From an uncultured Clostridia bacterium (GTDB lineage: Bacteria > Bacillota > Clostridia > TANB77 > CAG-508), in assembly GCA_947623475.1 (NCBI GenBank), contig CANQGV010000002.1, positions 1-39,782 on the forward strand: 39,782 bases of DNA, given 5' to 3'. A program made the position numbers and the translations under genes. Positions 1 through 9,096 of this stretch are shown here, piece after piece. The stretch's first letter is position 1, and every line of letters starts with the position of its first letter. The notes beneath the pieces are model-generated. The model saw only the letters and a list, made by a program, of their open reading frames with translations, had not been told where the DNA came from and did no database searches.

Positions 1-2
1 TT

Positions 3-446
3 TGTACAAAACAAGAAGCATGTGTAATAGATTTAGATAGTAGAAAACTTAGAAAAATAAATACAGTAAATTATCCTAAAGACATGCAAACAGAAGAAAG
101 TGTATTTGAAAAGTCATATTTAAGATTAAAAGAAGAATTTTCAGAAGAAGATTATATATATAAACAAAAAGTTTGTTCATCAGATATAGATTTCAGTAAA
201 CATACAAATAATGTTTCATATGTTAGATATATTATAAATACTTTATTTTGTGAATTTTTTGAAAAAAATGAAATAACAGATTTTGAAATTCACTATATAA
301 ATGAAAGTAAGGAAGGGCAAATTTTAAAAGTTTATAAAAAAGAAAATGATAATTCAATAGAATTTTTAATAAAAGAAAAAGATAGAGAAATTGTAAGAGC
401 AAAGTGCAATTTTATAAATATAAATGAATCAAAAAAATCTAAATAA
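3..446 (+). CDS. acyl-ACP thioesterase family protein, C-terminal part (5' end lies outside the window)
   Basis: The reading frame is open from the window edge, with codon phase starting at nt 3. The listed ORF 84..446 begins only at the first in-frame ATG. The segment SDIDFSKHTNNVSYVRYI resembles the D...HVNN hot-dog motif of acyl-ACP thioesterases. Confidence 0.6.
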   Translation, partial: CTKQEACVIDLDSRKLRKINTVNYPKDMQTEESVFEKSYLRLKEEFSEEDYIYKQKVCSSDIDFSKHTNNVSYVRYIINTLFCEFFEKNEITDFEIHYINESKEGQILKVYKKENDNSIEFLIKEKDREIVRAKCNFININESKKSK

Positions 447-480
447 AAAAAGCAATTCTAAAAAAGAATTGCCTTTTTTA

Positions 481-1230
481 TTAAAAGCGTTCATAGAGTA
501 AAACATGGTTTGTTTTACACCAATTTCTAAAATTATTTCTTTCAGAATCTCTAAAATTTTCTTTAGAAAATTCATCAAAAGACCATTTTTTATAAATCTT
601 AAATTTGTAGAGCTTAACAAAGTCTTCATACTTTATAGAAAAATGCATATTACTATCATAAATGTAATCTCCTTTTAAAACTACTGCATGTGCATAAAAT
701 TTATTACCTTTTTCAAAAGGCTCTTCTGCAGCACCCCATATAAGAGTACAATCTTTAAGTATGCGAGCAATTTCTAAAGAGTAATAGTAACAACAATGTT
801 CACATTCTTCAGAAAGCAAATCATTATATAAGCGTAAACTATGTTTTTTAATTTTTTTCCAATCTTTTTTACTGATAGCTTTGTTGTGTTTACTTAAAAA
901 TCTTTTCAAATAAAGTTCAATTTTTTTAGTTCTAATTTGAACTCGTGTCTTTTTACCAGATTTGCTATTTATAATTTTTTTCCGTATTTCTATTAAATTC
1001 AATAAAAGGAATAACATTGCAATATCTAAAAAGATAAATCCGTAAATTCTTGGTTTAATAAAGATAAACCAAACAATGCTAATAAAAGAAAAAAGAATAG
1101 AAGTTAATAATAATCTAAGCCGTACTACAGTAAAAATCAAATGCTTTTTATAAACTTTATAAAATAGTTCTTTCTCTGAGGTGTAAACCACATCATCATA
1201 GAGTAAACTCATTATTTTTTCTAACATCAC
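481..1230 (-). CDS. hypothetical membrane protein with a C-terminal Cys/His/Asp-containing soluble domain
   Basis: This 249-aa ORF is the only convincing minus-strand gene. The N-terminal half has hydrophobic helices (ILFSFISIVWFIFI, GFIFLDIAMLFLLL). The C-terminal half has a papain-like-looking Cys...His...Asp spacing (CEHCCYYYS, YAHAVV, YDSN). It contains two in-frame CGG codons (R37, R83). Confidence 0.6.
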   Translation of the reverse strand: MMLEKIMSLLYDDVVYTSEKELFYKVYKKHLIFTVVRLRLLLTSILFSFISIVWFIFIKPRIYGFIFLDIAMLFLLLNLIEIRKKIINSKSGKKTRVQIRTKKIELYLKRFLSKHNKAISKKDWKKIKKHSLRLYNDLLSEECEHCCYYYSLEIARILKDCTLIWGAAEEPFEKGNKFYAHAVVLKGDYIYDSNMHFSIKYEDFVKLYKFKIYKKWSFDEFSKENFRDSERNNFRNWCKTNHVLLYERF

Positions 1231-1431
1231 TTTTTCCTTTCTAATAATTATTTTAAAGTACTTTTATAAAAAAGCATTTAGCCAGAAAACAATAATTAAG
1301 TCTATTATACCATAATTTACATAAAACAGCAAATACGTATAGATTTTACTTAAATTTAAAATACATATTAACTTTTTTTAAAACTATGATATAATGAAAG
1401 GGAAGTTTGATTAAAGGAAGGAAGAATAAAT

Positions 1432-1812
1432 ATGAAAAATGAATTAGTAATAAAAAAATGCAAAAATTGTGGGGCAATAGTAAAAGTAATAGAAGATTGC
1501 AATAATAAAGAGTGTGAAATAAAATGTTGTGGAGAAACAATGGAAAAATTAGTTCCAAATTCAGTAGATGCAGCAATTGAAAAACATGTTCCTACATATG
1601 AAAAAATAGAAAATGAAATTCTAGTAAAAGTAAATCATGTTATGGAAAAAGAACATTATATTGAATGGATATGTTTAGTAAATGAAAATAAAGAATACAT
1701 GGTAAAATTATATCCAGAACAAAATGCAGAATCTAGATTTCCATATATACCAGGATCAACACTATATGCATATTGCAACAAACATGGATTATGGAAAGCA
1801 GAAGTAGAGTAA
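1432..1812 (+). CDS. dfx: desulfoferrodoxin / superoxide reductase
   Basis: The N-terminus has a desulforedoxin-type Cys cluster (CKNCG...CCGE). EKHVPTYEK, HVMEKEHYIEW and a C-terminal CNKHGLW are typical of 2Fe superoxide reductases. A GGAAGGAAG RBS lies upstream. Confidence 0.85.
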   Translation: MKNELVIKKCKNCGAIVKVIEDCNNKECEIKCCGETMEKLVPNSVDAAIEKHVPTYEKIENEILVKVNHVMEKEHYIEWICLVNENKEYMVKLYPEQNAESRFPYIPGSTLYAYCNKHGLWKAEVE

Positions 1813-1883
1813 TAAATAAAAGTTTTAAAATAATAAAATTTAGTTAATATTAAAAATAAATAGTTTATAAAAGAAAGGAAGTT

Positions 1884-2099
1884 ATGAAAATGAAAGAAAC
1901 AGTAATTAAAGTTGAAGGAATGGTTTGCAATGGATGCGAAAATAGAGTTCAAAATGCTTTAAAAAATATTGAGGGAGTTGAAAATGTTGTAGCAGATCAT
2001 AATAAAGGAATAGTTACAGTTACTTCAAAAAATGAAGTTACAGAAAGTAGCATGAAAGAAAAAATCGAGGATATAGGATTTGAAGTAAAGGAAGGTTAA
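1884..2099 (+). CDS. copZ: copper chaperone CopZ (heavy-metal-associated domain)
   Basis: A 71-aa HMA fold with the GMVCNGC metal-binding motif. It sits immediately upstream of the P-type ATPase. Confidence 0.85.
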   Translation: MKMKETVIKVEGMVCNGCENRVQNALKNIEGVENVVADHNKGIVTVTSKNEVTESSMKEKIEDIGFEVKEG

Positions 2100-2101
2100 T
2101 T

Positions 2102-4309
2102 ATGAAAAAAATAAATTTGTCTATCGAAGGAATGACTTGTAGTGCATGTTCTAATGGACTTGAGAAATACTTAAATAAGCAAAAAGGAATTTTAAATGCT
2201 ACTGTTAATCTTGTAATGGCAAATGCTACTATTGAATTTGATGAGAAAATATTAAACAAAGAAAAAGTTGAGCAATTTGTAAAAGAAGCTGGTTTTAAAA
2301 GTTTAGGGGAATTTAAAGAAATAAAAATAGAACAAAAAGGTAAAAAAGAAAAAATTAAATTTATAATTTTTACAATATTAGCAATATTCCTAATGTATAT
2401 TTCAATGGGACATATGATAAATTTGCCAACAATTCCATTTCTTGATCCACATACTAACACTACAAATTATATGATTAGTTTGCTTATAATAACAGTATGT
2501 TTTTTAGGTTATGGTTTTGATATTTTGAAAAATGGTTATAAAAATTTAATCCATAAAACTCCTAACATGGATACACTAGTAGGAATAGGAGTTATTGCAA
2601 GTTTGGGTTATAGTATTTATAACATGTATATGGTATTTAAGGGTAATCATCATCAAGCCATGAATTTATATTTTGAATCAGCTGCAATAGTAATTTATTT
2701 TATAAAACTTGGAAGATATATAGATGGTGTTAGTAAAGATAAGACAAAAGAAGCAATACAAAAGTTAGTAAAAATCACACCTAATACAGCAGTTATAAAA
2801 ATAGATGGTACAGAAAAAACAGTTACACTTGATGAAATTCACAAAGGAGATATAGTAGTAAGTAAAGCAGGAGAAAAAATAGCAGTAGACGGAGAAATAT
2901 TAACAGGAAAAGCACATTTAGATGAATCATTTATTACAGGTGAAAGTAAGCCAGTATCAAAAGAAGTAGGAAATAAAGTAATTGCAGGAAGCATGAACTA
3001 TGATGGATATATTGAATATAAAGCTGAAAGAATAGGAAAAGAATCAACAATATCAGAAATAGTAAGATTAGTAGTAGAAGCAAGTAACACAAAAGCACCA
3101 ATTGCTAAAATAGCTGATAAGGTATCAGGTTATTTTGTACCTAGTGTAATTGTTATTGCAATAATTACTTTTATAGTTTATTTATTAATTGGGCAAAGTT
3201 TTGAAACAGCAATTACGACATTTGTTACTGTATTAGTAGTAGCTTGTCCATGTAGTTTAGGATTAGCAACGCCACTTGCTATTATTGTAAGTGAAGGGTT
3301 ATGTGCAAGTAATGGAATTTTAGTAAAAAAGAGTGAGATATTAGAAAATGCACAAAAAGTAAATACAATTGTTTTTGATAAAACAGGAACATTAACATAT
3401 GGAAAATTAAAAATTGCTGAAATATTAAATTATAGTGATATGAAAGATAAAGATTTATTGCATTTAATAGGTAGCATTGAAAGTAAGTCAACACATCCTA
3501 TTGGAAAGGCTTTTACAGAATATATAGAGCAAAATAAGATGAAAAAACTAGAAGTAAATAAATTTGAAAATGTAGCAGGTTATGGAATTATAGGAACAAT
3601 AGAAAATAAAAAATTTATTTTAGGAAACTCAAAAATACTTGAAAAATATAAAATAGAAAATAAGCATGTAGAAGATGAAAAAAAGTTAGCAAAGAACGGA
3701 AATAGTATTATATATGCAGTAAAAGATAATGAAATAATAGCACTTATTGGGGTAAATGATATTGTTAGAAAAAATGTAAAACAAGTTATTAGTAGATTAA
3801 ATAAAAACAAGATACAGATAATTATGTTAACAGGAGACAATAAAGAAACTGCTGAAAAAATTGCAAAGGATATAGGAATAACTAAAGTTATTTCAAATGT
3901 AATACCATCAGAAAAAGCAAAAATAATAAAGAAATTAAAACAAGAAAATAAATATGTAATGATGTGTGGAGATGGTATAAATGATAGTCCAGCATTGGCA
4001 AGTTCAGATATAGGTGTAAGTGTAAATAGCGGAACAGACATTGCAATGGATTCATCAGATGTAATATTAACAAAAAATGATTTAAGAAGTATTTTAAACT
4101 TAATCAATATTAGTAAAAAAACAATTAGAAATATTAAACAAAATTTATTTTGGGCGTTTTTCTATAATTGTTTGATGATTCCAATAGCAATTGGGCTATT
4201 AAAACCAATTGGAATATCAATCAATCCAATGATAGCAAGTCTAGCAATGGTATTTAGCAGTATTACAGTTATATTAAATGCTTTAAGATTAAAAAGAATA
4301 AAGATATAA
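2102..4309 (+). CDS. copA: copper-translocating P1B-type ATPase
   Basis: N-terminal HMA domain (GMTCSACS), transmembrane CPC motif, DKTGTLT phosphorylation site and GDGINDSPAL hinge. Confidence 0.95.
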   Translation: MKKINLSIEGMTCSACSNGLEKYLNKQKGILNATVNLVMANATIEFDEKILNKEKVEQFVKEAGFKSLGEFKEIKIEQKGKKEKIKFIIFTILAIFLMYISMGHMINLPTIPFLDPHTNTTNYMISLLIITVCFLGYGFDILKNGYKNLIHKTPNMDTLVGIGVIASLGYSIYNMYMVFKGNHHQAMNLYFESAAIVIYFIKLGRYIDGVSKDKTKEAIQKLVKITPNTAVIKIDGTEKTVTLDEIHKGDIVVSKAGEKIAVDGEILTGKAHLDESFITGESKPVSKEVGNKVIAGSMNYDGYIEYKAERIGKESTISEIVRLVVEASNTKAPIAKIADKVSGYFVPSVIVIAIITFIVYLLIGQSFETAITTFVTVLVVACPCSLGLATPLAIIVSEGLCASNGILVKKSEILENAQKVNTIVFDKTGTLTYGKLKIAEILNYSDMKDKDLLHLIGSIESKSTHPIGKAFTEYIEQNKMKKLEVNKFENVAGYGIIGTIENKKFILGNSKILEKYKIENKHVEDEKKLAKNGNSIIYAVKDNEIIALIGVNDIVRKNVKQVISRLNKNKIQIIMLTGDNKETAEKIAKDIGITKVISNVIPSEKAKIIKKLKQENKYVMMCGDGINDSPALASSDIGVSVNSGTDIAMDSSDVILTKNDLRSILNLINISKKTIRNIKQNLFWAFFYNCLMIPIAIGLLKPIGISINPMIASLAMVFSSITVILNALRLKRIKI

Positions 4310-4335
4310 ATAATTATAAAATAAGGAGGTAAAAA

Positions 4336-4851
4336 ATGTTAAAAGTAATGGTTATTGGATGTCCAGGTGCTGGAAAAAGTGTTTTTTCAAAGAAGTTAAA
4401 AGAAGTTACAAATTTGCCATTGTATCACATGGATATGTTATATCATAATTCTGATGGTACACATATTTCAAGAGAAGAACTTAAAGAAAAATTAAAAAAT
4501 ATTTTTAAAAATGATAGTTGGATTATAGATGGAAATTATCAAAGAACATTAGAAATGCGTTTAGAAGAATGTGATACAGTATTTTTGTTTGACCTACCTA
4601 CAGAAATTTGTGTTGAAGGAGCACAAGCACGCATTGGCACAGAAAGAAAAGATATACCTTGGGTTGAAGAAAAACTTGATGAAAACTTTAAACAAAGTAT
4701 TATCGATTTTTCAGATAAAAAATTGCCTCAAATTTATGAATTATTGGATAAATACAAAAATAAAGCAAATATTATAATTTTTAAATCAAGAGATGAAGCT
4801 GACGAATTTATAAAAAATTATGATAAAGATAAACATGGGATTGTCAAATAA
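4336..4851 (+). CDS. P-loop NTPase, adenylate-kinase-like / topology-modulation-like protein
   Basis: Walker A motif GCPGAGKS at the N-terminus. At 171 aa its size and layout resemble small AAA/adenylate-kinase-like proteins. A GGAGG RBS is present. Confidence 0.7.
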   Translation: MLKVMVIGCPGAGKSVFSKKLKEVTNLPLYHMDMLYHNSDGTHISREELKEKLKNIFKNDSWIIDGNYQRTLEMRLEECDTVFLFDLPTEICVEGAQARIGTERKDIPWVEEKLDENFKQSIIDFSDKKLPQIYELLDKYKNKANIIIFKSRDEADEFIKNYDKDKHGIVK

Positions 4852-5087
4852 TGTCAAATACTGCGATGAAAAGTTCTTTACAAACATGTAAAAACGTAGT
4901 AATATAATTAAAGTATTTTTATCAATAATTTAATTCATATTTTTAATCTTATAAATTTCCAAAACAAAATAAAAAACAGGTAGGTGAGCACATGGAGAAT
5001 TAATATACACAAAAGAAAGTTAACATAAACATAAAAAGGAGGCAGATTTATATATTAAAAATAATTAACAAAATAATATCAATACTA

Positions 5088-5753
5088 ATGATAAGTGTAA
5101 TAGGCATAATATTTTTTACAAATATTGTACAAGCTGAAAATAAAATAGATAGTAATACAAGTTCAGTAGAATTATATTCTTTAGGAGAGATTCCTTTATT
5201 ACTAAGATATGCTGAAATAGATCAAAAAACCAAATATGTATTTCATAAATATAATGGAGTAGAATATCCAGCATATTGTTTAAATGAAACTTTAAATGGA
5301 GTAACAACTACAAATTCATATAGTGTAACAATGGAAAATGAGTTATCAGATATAACACTATGGAGAATAATTATAAATGGTTATCCATATAAAAGCATTG
5401 AAGAATTAGGATGTTCAAATATAATGGAGGCATATGCTGCAACACAACATGCAATATATAGCTATTTAAAAGGAGATTTAGAAGCATATGATTATACTCC
5501 TGTTAAAGAACAAGGAACAAGAGTACTTAATGCTTTAAAAACTATTTTACAAAATGGTAGAAATTCAAAAGAAGTACCAACTGAAAAAAATCGAGTATAT
5601 TATGGAAAAGCACCAAATGGAAATTTACAAAATTATGCACTTACAAAAATAGAAGAAAAGAAAGAAGAAAAAGAACCTGAACAAAAAGAAGAAAAAGTAA
5701 CTACTGAATCACAAAAAACAGAAACGAAAAAATTACCACTTACAGGTATGTAA
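5088..5753 (+). CDS. thioester-domain (TQXA) surface protein ending at an LPxTG motif without a membrane anchor
   Basis: YPAYCLNE (Cys codon at 5277) and AATQHAIY (TQHA at 5442..5453) match the Cys-Gln thioester adhesin domain. A K/E-rich linker follows, then LPLTG-M-stop (5733..5753). The hydrophobic N-terminus looks like a signal peptide. The AGGAGG RBS at 5038-5043 lies 45 nt upstream of the ATG, so the true start may be an upstream non-ATG codon. Confidence 0.7.
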   Translation: MISVIGIIFFTNIVQAENKIDSNTSSVELYSLGEIPLLLRYAEIDQKTKYVFHKYNGVEYPAYCLNETLNGVTTTNSYSVTMENELSDITLWRIIINGYPYKSIEELGCSNIMEAYAATQHAIYSYLKGDLEAYDYTPVKEQGTRVLNALKTILQNGRNSKEVPTEKNRVYYGKAPNGNLQNYALTKIEEKKEEKEPEQKEEKVTTESQKTETKKLPLTGM

Positions 5754-5759
5754 AAAAAG

Positions 5760-5804
5760 GATAAAGATGATAATTTAAATGCAATCATCTTTATCTGTTT
5801 TTTT
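5760..5804 (+). terminator. Rho-independent terminator after the TQXA gene
   Basis: A 12-bp perfect stem, GATAAAGATGAT (5760-5771) pairing with ATCATCTTTATC (5784-5795), followed by TGTTTTTTT. Confidence 0.75.
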
Positions 5805-5827
5805 ACTTTTTAGTATCTCAATTTTTA

Positions 5828-5856
5828 TTGAATAAAAAAATAAATTAGTATATAAT
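5828..5856 (+). promoter_or_regulatory. sigma-A type promoter for the sirtuin gene
   Basis: TTGAAT (5828-5833), a 17-nt spacer, then TATAAT (5851-5856). Confidence 0.55.
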
Positions 5857-5879
5857 TAGCCCAAAGGAGGCTAATTATT

Positions 5880-6599
5880 GTGGATAAAATAGAAGAATTA
5901 AAAGAAATAATAGAAAAAAGTAATAATATAGTTTTCTTCGGAGGAGCAGGAGTATCAACAGAAAGTGGAATACCTGATTTTAGAAGTAAAGATGGACTTT
6001 ATAATCAAAAATATAAATTTCCACCAGAAGAAATTTTAAGTCATACATTTTTTATGAATAACACAGAAGAATTTTATAAATTTTATAGAGAAAAAATGAA
6101 TTCATTAAAATATGAGCCTAATATTACACATATTAAATTAGCTAAATTAGAAAAACAAGGAAAATTAAAAGCAATAGTAACTCAAAATATTGATGGATTA
6201 CATCAAAAAGCTGGATCTAAAAATGTATTAGAACTACATGGTAGTGTATTAAGAAACTATTGTATGAAATGTAACAAATTTTATGATGCAGAATTTATAT
6301 TTAATGGGAAAGAAATACCAAAATGTGAATGTGGAGGAATAATAAAACCAGATGTAGTACTTTATGAAGAAGCTTTGAATGATACAACTGTTCAAAATTC
6401 AATTAAAGCAATATATAATGCAGATTTGCTAATTGTTGCAGGAACTTCTTTAACAGTACAACCAGCAAGTGGATTAATAAATTATTTTAAAGGAAATAAA
6501 TTAGTTCTAATAAATAAAGATTCAACTATATATGATAGAAAGGCAGATTTAGTTATAAATGAATCTTTAGGAAAAGTTTTTAAAGAAATAGGAGGTTAA
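5880..6599 (+). CDS. cobB: NAD-dependent protein deacylase (Sir2 family)
   Basis: GAGVSTESGIPDFRS, TQNIDGLH and a Zn-ribbon (CMKC...CECGG). GTG start 9 nt after a GGAGG RBS. Confidence 0.9.
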   Translation: MDKIEELKEIIEKSNNIVFFGGAGVSTESGIPDFRSKDGLYNQKYKFPPEEILSHTFFMNNTEEFYKFYREKMNSLKYEPNITHIKLAKLEKQGKLKAIVTQNIDGLHQKAGSKNVLELHGSVLRNYCMKCNKFYDAEFIFNGKEIPKCECGGIIKPDVVLYEEALNDTTVQNSIKAIYNADLLIVAGTSLTVQPASGLINYFKGNKLVLINKDSTIYDRKADLVINESLGKVFKEIGG

Positions 6600-6603
6600 A
6601 ATT

Positions 6604-7239
6604 ATGAAAGTAATATTAGTGAATGGAGGACCACATAAAGAAGGATGTACATATACAGCTTTGAAAGAGGTTGAAAAAACTTTAAAAGAAGAAGGAATCG
6701 AAACAGAAATTTTTTGGATAAAAAATAAACCGGTAGGAGGTTGTATAGCTTGTAGAACATGTGCTACAAAAGGAGAATGTGTATTTGATGATGTAGTTAA
6801 TGAATTTGTTGAAAAAGCAAAAGAAGCAGATGGATTTATATTTGGAACACCTGTACATTATGCAGCTGCATCAGGAAATATAACAGGATTTATGGACAGA
6901 GTTTTTTATTCAGCTTCTTCAGCAGGAAAAGCTAAATTATTTATGTATAAACCTGCTGCAACTGTAATATCTGCAAGAAGGGCAGGAACAACAGCAACAT
7001 ATGATCAATTAAATAAATATTTTGGAATAACTCAAATGCCAATAATCTCTTCAAGATATTGGAATATGGTACATGGCTCAAAACCAGAAGATGTATTAAA
7101 AGATGAAGAAGGAATGCAATGTATGAGAATTCTTGCTAGAAATATGGCTTATTATTTGAAATGTATTGAAGCAGGTAAAGAAAAAGGTATTGAGTTACCA
7201 AAACAAGAACAAACAACCTTTACAAATTTTATAAAGTAA
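6604..7239 (+). CDS. flavodoxin-like NAD(P)H-dependent FMN reductase / iron-sulfur flavoprotein
   Basis: N-terminal MKVILVNGGPHKEG, a Cys cluster (CIACRTC...C), and the size and layout of the flavodoxin-like fold. Confidence 0.7.
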   Translation: MKVILVNGGPHKEGCTYTALKEVEKTLKEEGIETEIFWIKNKPVGGCIACRTCATKGECVFDDVVNEFVEKAKEADGFIFGTPVHYAAASGNITGFMDRVFYSASSAGKAKLFMYKPAATVISARRAGTTATYDQLNKYFGITQMPIISSRYWNMVHGSKPEDVLKDEEGMQCMRILARNMAYYLKCIEAGKEKGIELPKQEQTTFTNFIK

Positions 7240-7276
7240 AAGAAATTGTTTTTGAAAGAGGAAGTTAAACAATTTC

Positions 7277-7305
7277 TTGAAAAATATGGCTTTTTGTGGT
7301 AAAAT
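7277..7305 (+). promoter_or_regulatory. sigma-A type promoter driving the leader and ABC-F gene
   Basis: TTGAAA (7277-7282), a 17-nt spacer, then TAAAAT (7300-7305). Confidence 0.5.
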
Positions 7306-7356
7306 ATAATATGTTTTAAAATATAAAATTAAATATAAAAAGGAAGGAAAAATAAA

Positions 7357-7431
7357 ATGAATAAAAGAAAAAATTTAGAAGAGAAGGTACATTATGTAGT
7401 CGGAGCTTGGTTAACTATTACAACGAGATAA
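7357..7431 (+). CDS. candidate 24-aa leader peptide (MNKRKNLEEKVHYVVGAWLTITTR)
   Basis: ATG at 7357 follows AGGAAGGA (7341-7348). The stop at 7429-7431 lies inside the 5' arm of the downstream terminator hairpin. Confidence 0.45.
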   Translation: MNKRKNLEEKVHYVVGAWLTITTR

Positions 7432-7487
7432 TGCTATATGAGTTGTAATAGTTAAAAAACATATAGCGATATATCTCGTTATTTTAT
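7414..7487 (+). terminator. attenuator with mutually exclusive hairpins ending in a terminator
   Basis: Terminator: AACGAGATA (7422-7430) and GCTATATG (7433-7440) pair with CATATAGC (7460-7467) and TATCTCGTT (7472-7480), followed by ATTTTAT. Alternative 11-bp stem: ACTATTACAAC (7414-7424) pairs with GTTGTAATAGT (7442-7452). Confidence 0.6.
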
Positions 7488-7520
7488 AAATCAAATAAAA
7501 AAATAAGGAGATATAATAAA

Positions 7521-9080
7521 ATGATAGAAATAGAATTAAACAATATAAAGAAAAATTATGGATTAAAAAATGTACTAAATGGAGTGAGTTTTGAAGTAAA
7601 AACAGGTGAAAGAATAGCTTTAATTGGCTCAAATGGTACAGGAAAATCTACTATATTAAAAATAATAACAGGAGAAGAAAAACAGGATTCAGGACAACTA
7701 AATATAAGAAAAGGTGCAACTATAGAAATGTTAAATCAAATATATAAAAAAGAAGAAAAAGACATTTTAGTTGTAAATTTCTTAGAGAAGAGTTTTAAAG
7801 ATATTAGAGATTTAGAAAATAAAATGAAACAACTTGAAAAAGAAATGGCTTTAGAAAAAGATGAAAATAAACTTCAAAAAATAATAAACAGATATGGAAG
7901 AATACAAGAAGAATATAATTCTATAGGAGGATATGAAGTTCAAGAAAAATTTAATAGAATATGTTCAGGATTTAAATTTAATAAAAAGTTTTTAAATAAA
8001 CAATATAATTTACTAAGTGGTGGAGAAAAAACAATAGTAAATTTAGCTGCTATATTATTAAAAAATCCAGAAATATTATTATTAGATGAGCCTACAAATC
8101 ATTTAGATGTTAAAACATTAGAATGGTTAGAGGAATTTTTAATAGCATATAAGGGAACAATATTAGTTATTTCACATGATAGATATTTTCTAGACAAAGT
8201 AGCAACAAAGACAATACTACTAGAAGAAGGTAAAGAAAAGATTTATTTTGGTAATTATTCATATTTTCTAAAAGAAGATGAAAGAAGAACATTAGCAGAA
8301 TTTGAAGTTTATAAAAATCAACAGAAACAAATACAAAAAATGAAACAAGCCATAAAAAAATTAAGAAGTTTTGGTGAAATAGCAAAAAATGAGATGTTTT
8401 ATAAAAGAGCAAAAAGCATAGAAAAAAGATTAGAAAAAATGCAAGTTGTAGACAAAGTAATCTTAGAAAAGAAAAAAGTAAATTTAAGTTTAGAAGCTAA
8501 AGAAAGATCCGGAAAAGACGTATTAAAAGCAAGAAATCTAACAAAGAAATATGGAGATACTATAATTTTTAAAGACTTTAATTTTGATATATATTATGGA
8601 GAAAAAGTATGCCTAAGTGGTAAAAATGGTGCAGGGAAAACTACATTGATAAAAATGATATTAGGTAAAGAGGAATATGAAGGGCAAATAAAAATAGGAA
8701 GTAATACAAAAATAGGATATATTCCTCAAGAAATTAAGTTTGAAAATGAAGAGGAAACAGTATTTGAAACGTTTATAAAATCATATATAGGAACTGAAAC
8801 AGAAGCTAGAAGATTTTTATCAAGATTTATGTTTTATAGAGATGATGTATTTAAAAAAATATCAAAGTTATCAGGAGGAGAGAAAGTAAGAATAAAGCTT
8901 GCTGAACTAATGAATCAAAATATAAACTTTCTTATACTAGATGAGCCAACAAACCATCTAGACATATCAACAAGAGAGGTATTAGAAAATGCATTAGATG
9001 AATATAAAGGAACTATTTTGTTTGTATCACATGATAGATATTTTATAAATAGATTAGCTAATAGAACTATAGAATTATAA
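7521..9080 (+). CDS. ABC-F family ATPase (two NBDs, no TMD), candidate ribosome-protection / translation factor
   Basis: Two Walker A motifs ([18 protein letters not shown]), two LSGGE signatures, two DEPTNHLD Walker B motifs and a basic helical interdomain linker ([20 protein letters not shown]...). No membrane domain. Confidence 0.9.
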   Translation: MIEIELNNIKKNYGLKNVLNGVSFEVKTGERIALIGSNGTGKSTILKIITGEEKQDSGQLNIRKGATIEMLNQIYKKEEKDILVVNFLEKSFKDIRDLENKMKQLEKEMALEKDENKLQKIINRYGRIQEEYNSIGGYEVQEKFNRICSGFKFNKKFLNKQYNLLSGGEKTIVNLAAILLKNPEILLLDEPTNHLDVKTLEWLEEFLIAYKGTILVISHDRYFLDKVATKTILLEEGKEKIYFGNYSYFLKEDERRTLAEFEVYKNQQKQIQKMKQAIKKLRSFGEIAKNEMFYKRAKSIEKRLEKMQVVDKVILEKKKVNLSLEAKERSGKDVLKARNLTKKYGDTIIFKDFNFDIYYGEKVCLSGKNGAGKTTLIKMILGKEEYEGQIKIGSNTKIGYIPQEIKFENEEETVFETFIKSYIGTETEARRFLSRFMFYRDDVFKKISKLSGGEKVRIKLAELMNQNINFLILDEPTNHLDISTREVLENALDEYKGTILFVSHDRYFINRLANRTIEL

Positions 9081-9096
9081 AAAAGGAGAGAGATTT

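Noticed and set aside
1243-1257. PerR/Fur-like box TAATAATTATTTTAA between the divergent membrane-protein gene and dfx
   Set aside because: It matches TTATAATNATTATAA at 13 of 15 positions. Such A/T strings are frequent in this composition, and the site lies ~175 nt from dfx, adjacent to the other gene's start. That is not enough evidence to call it.
3580-4107. Long antisense ORFs in the track (for example 3580..4107, 9741..10058, 11009..11320, 15180..15815, 20299..20895, 23474..23944, 34554..34889, 38102..38455 and the many 60-110-aa L/F/I-rich ones)
   Set aside because: Each lies entirely opposite a well-supported + strand gene. They lack RBSs and have the Leu/Phe/Ile/Ser-rich composition expected from reading AT-rich coding DNA backwards.
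5880-6599. SIR2-domain protein as part of an anti-phage system (Thoeris, DSR, SIR2-HerA type)
   Set aside because: It is a short canonical sirtuin with the Zn-ribbon and NAD-binding motifs of CobB-type deacylases. It has no fused sensor domain. Its neighbours are housekeeping genes, not ThsB, HerA or pAgo partners.
9081-9096. T-box leader upstream of asnS
   Set aside because: The intergenic gap is only 16 nt and holds just an RBS. There is no room for a T-box.
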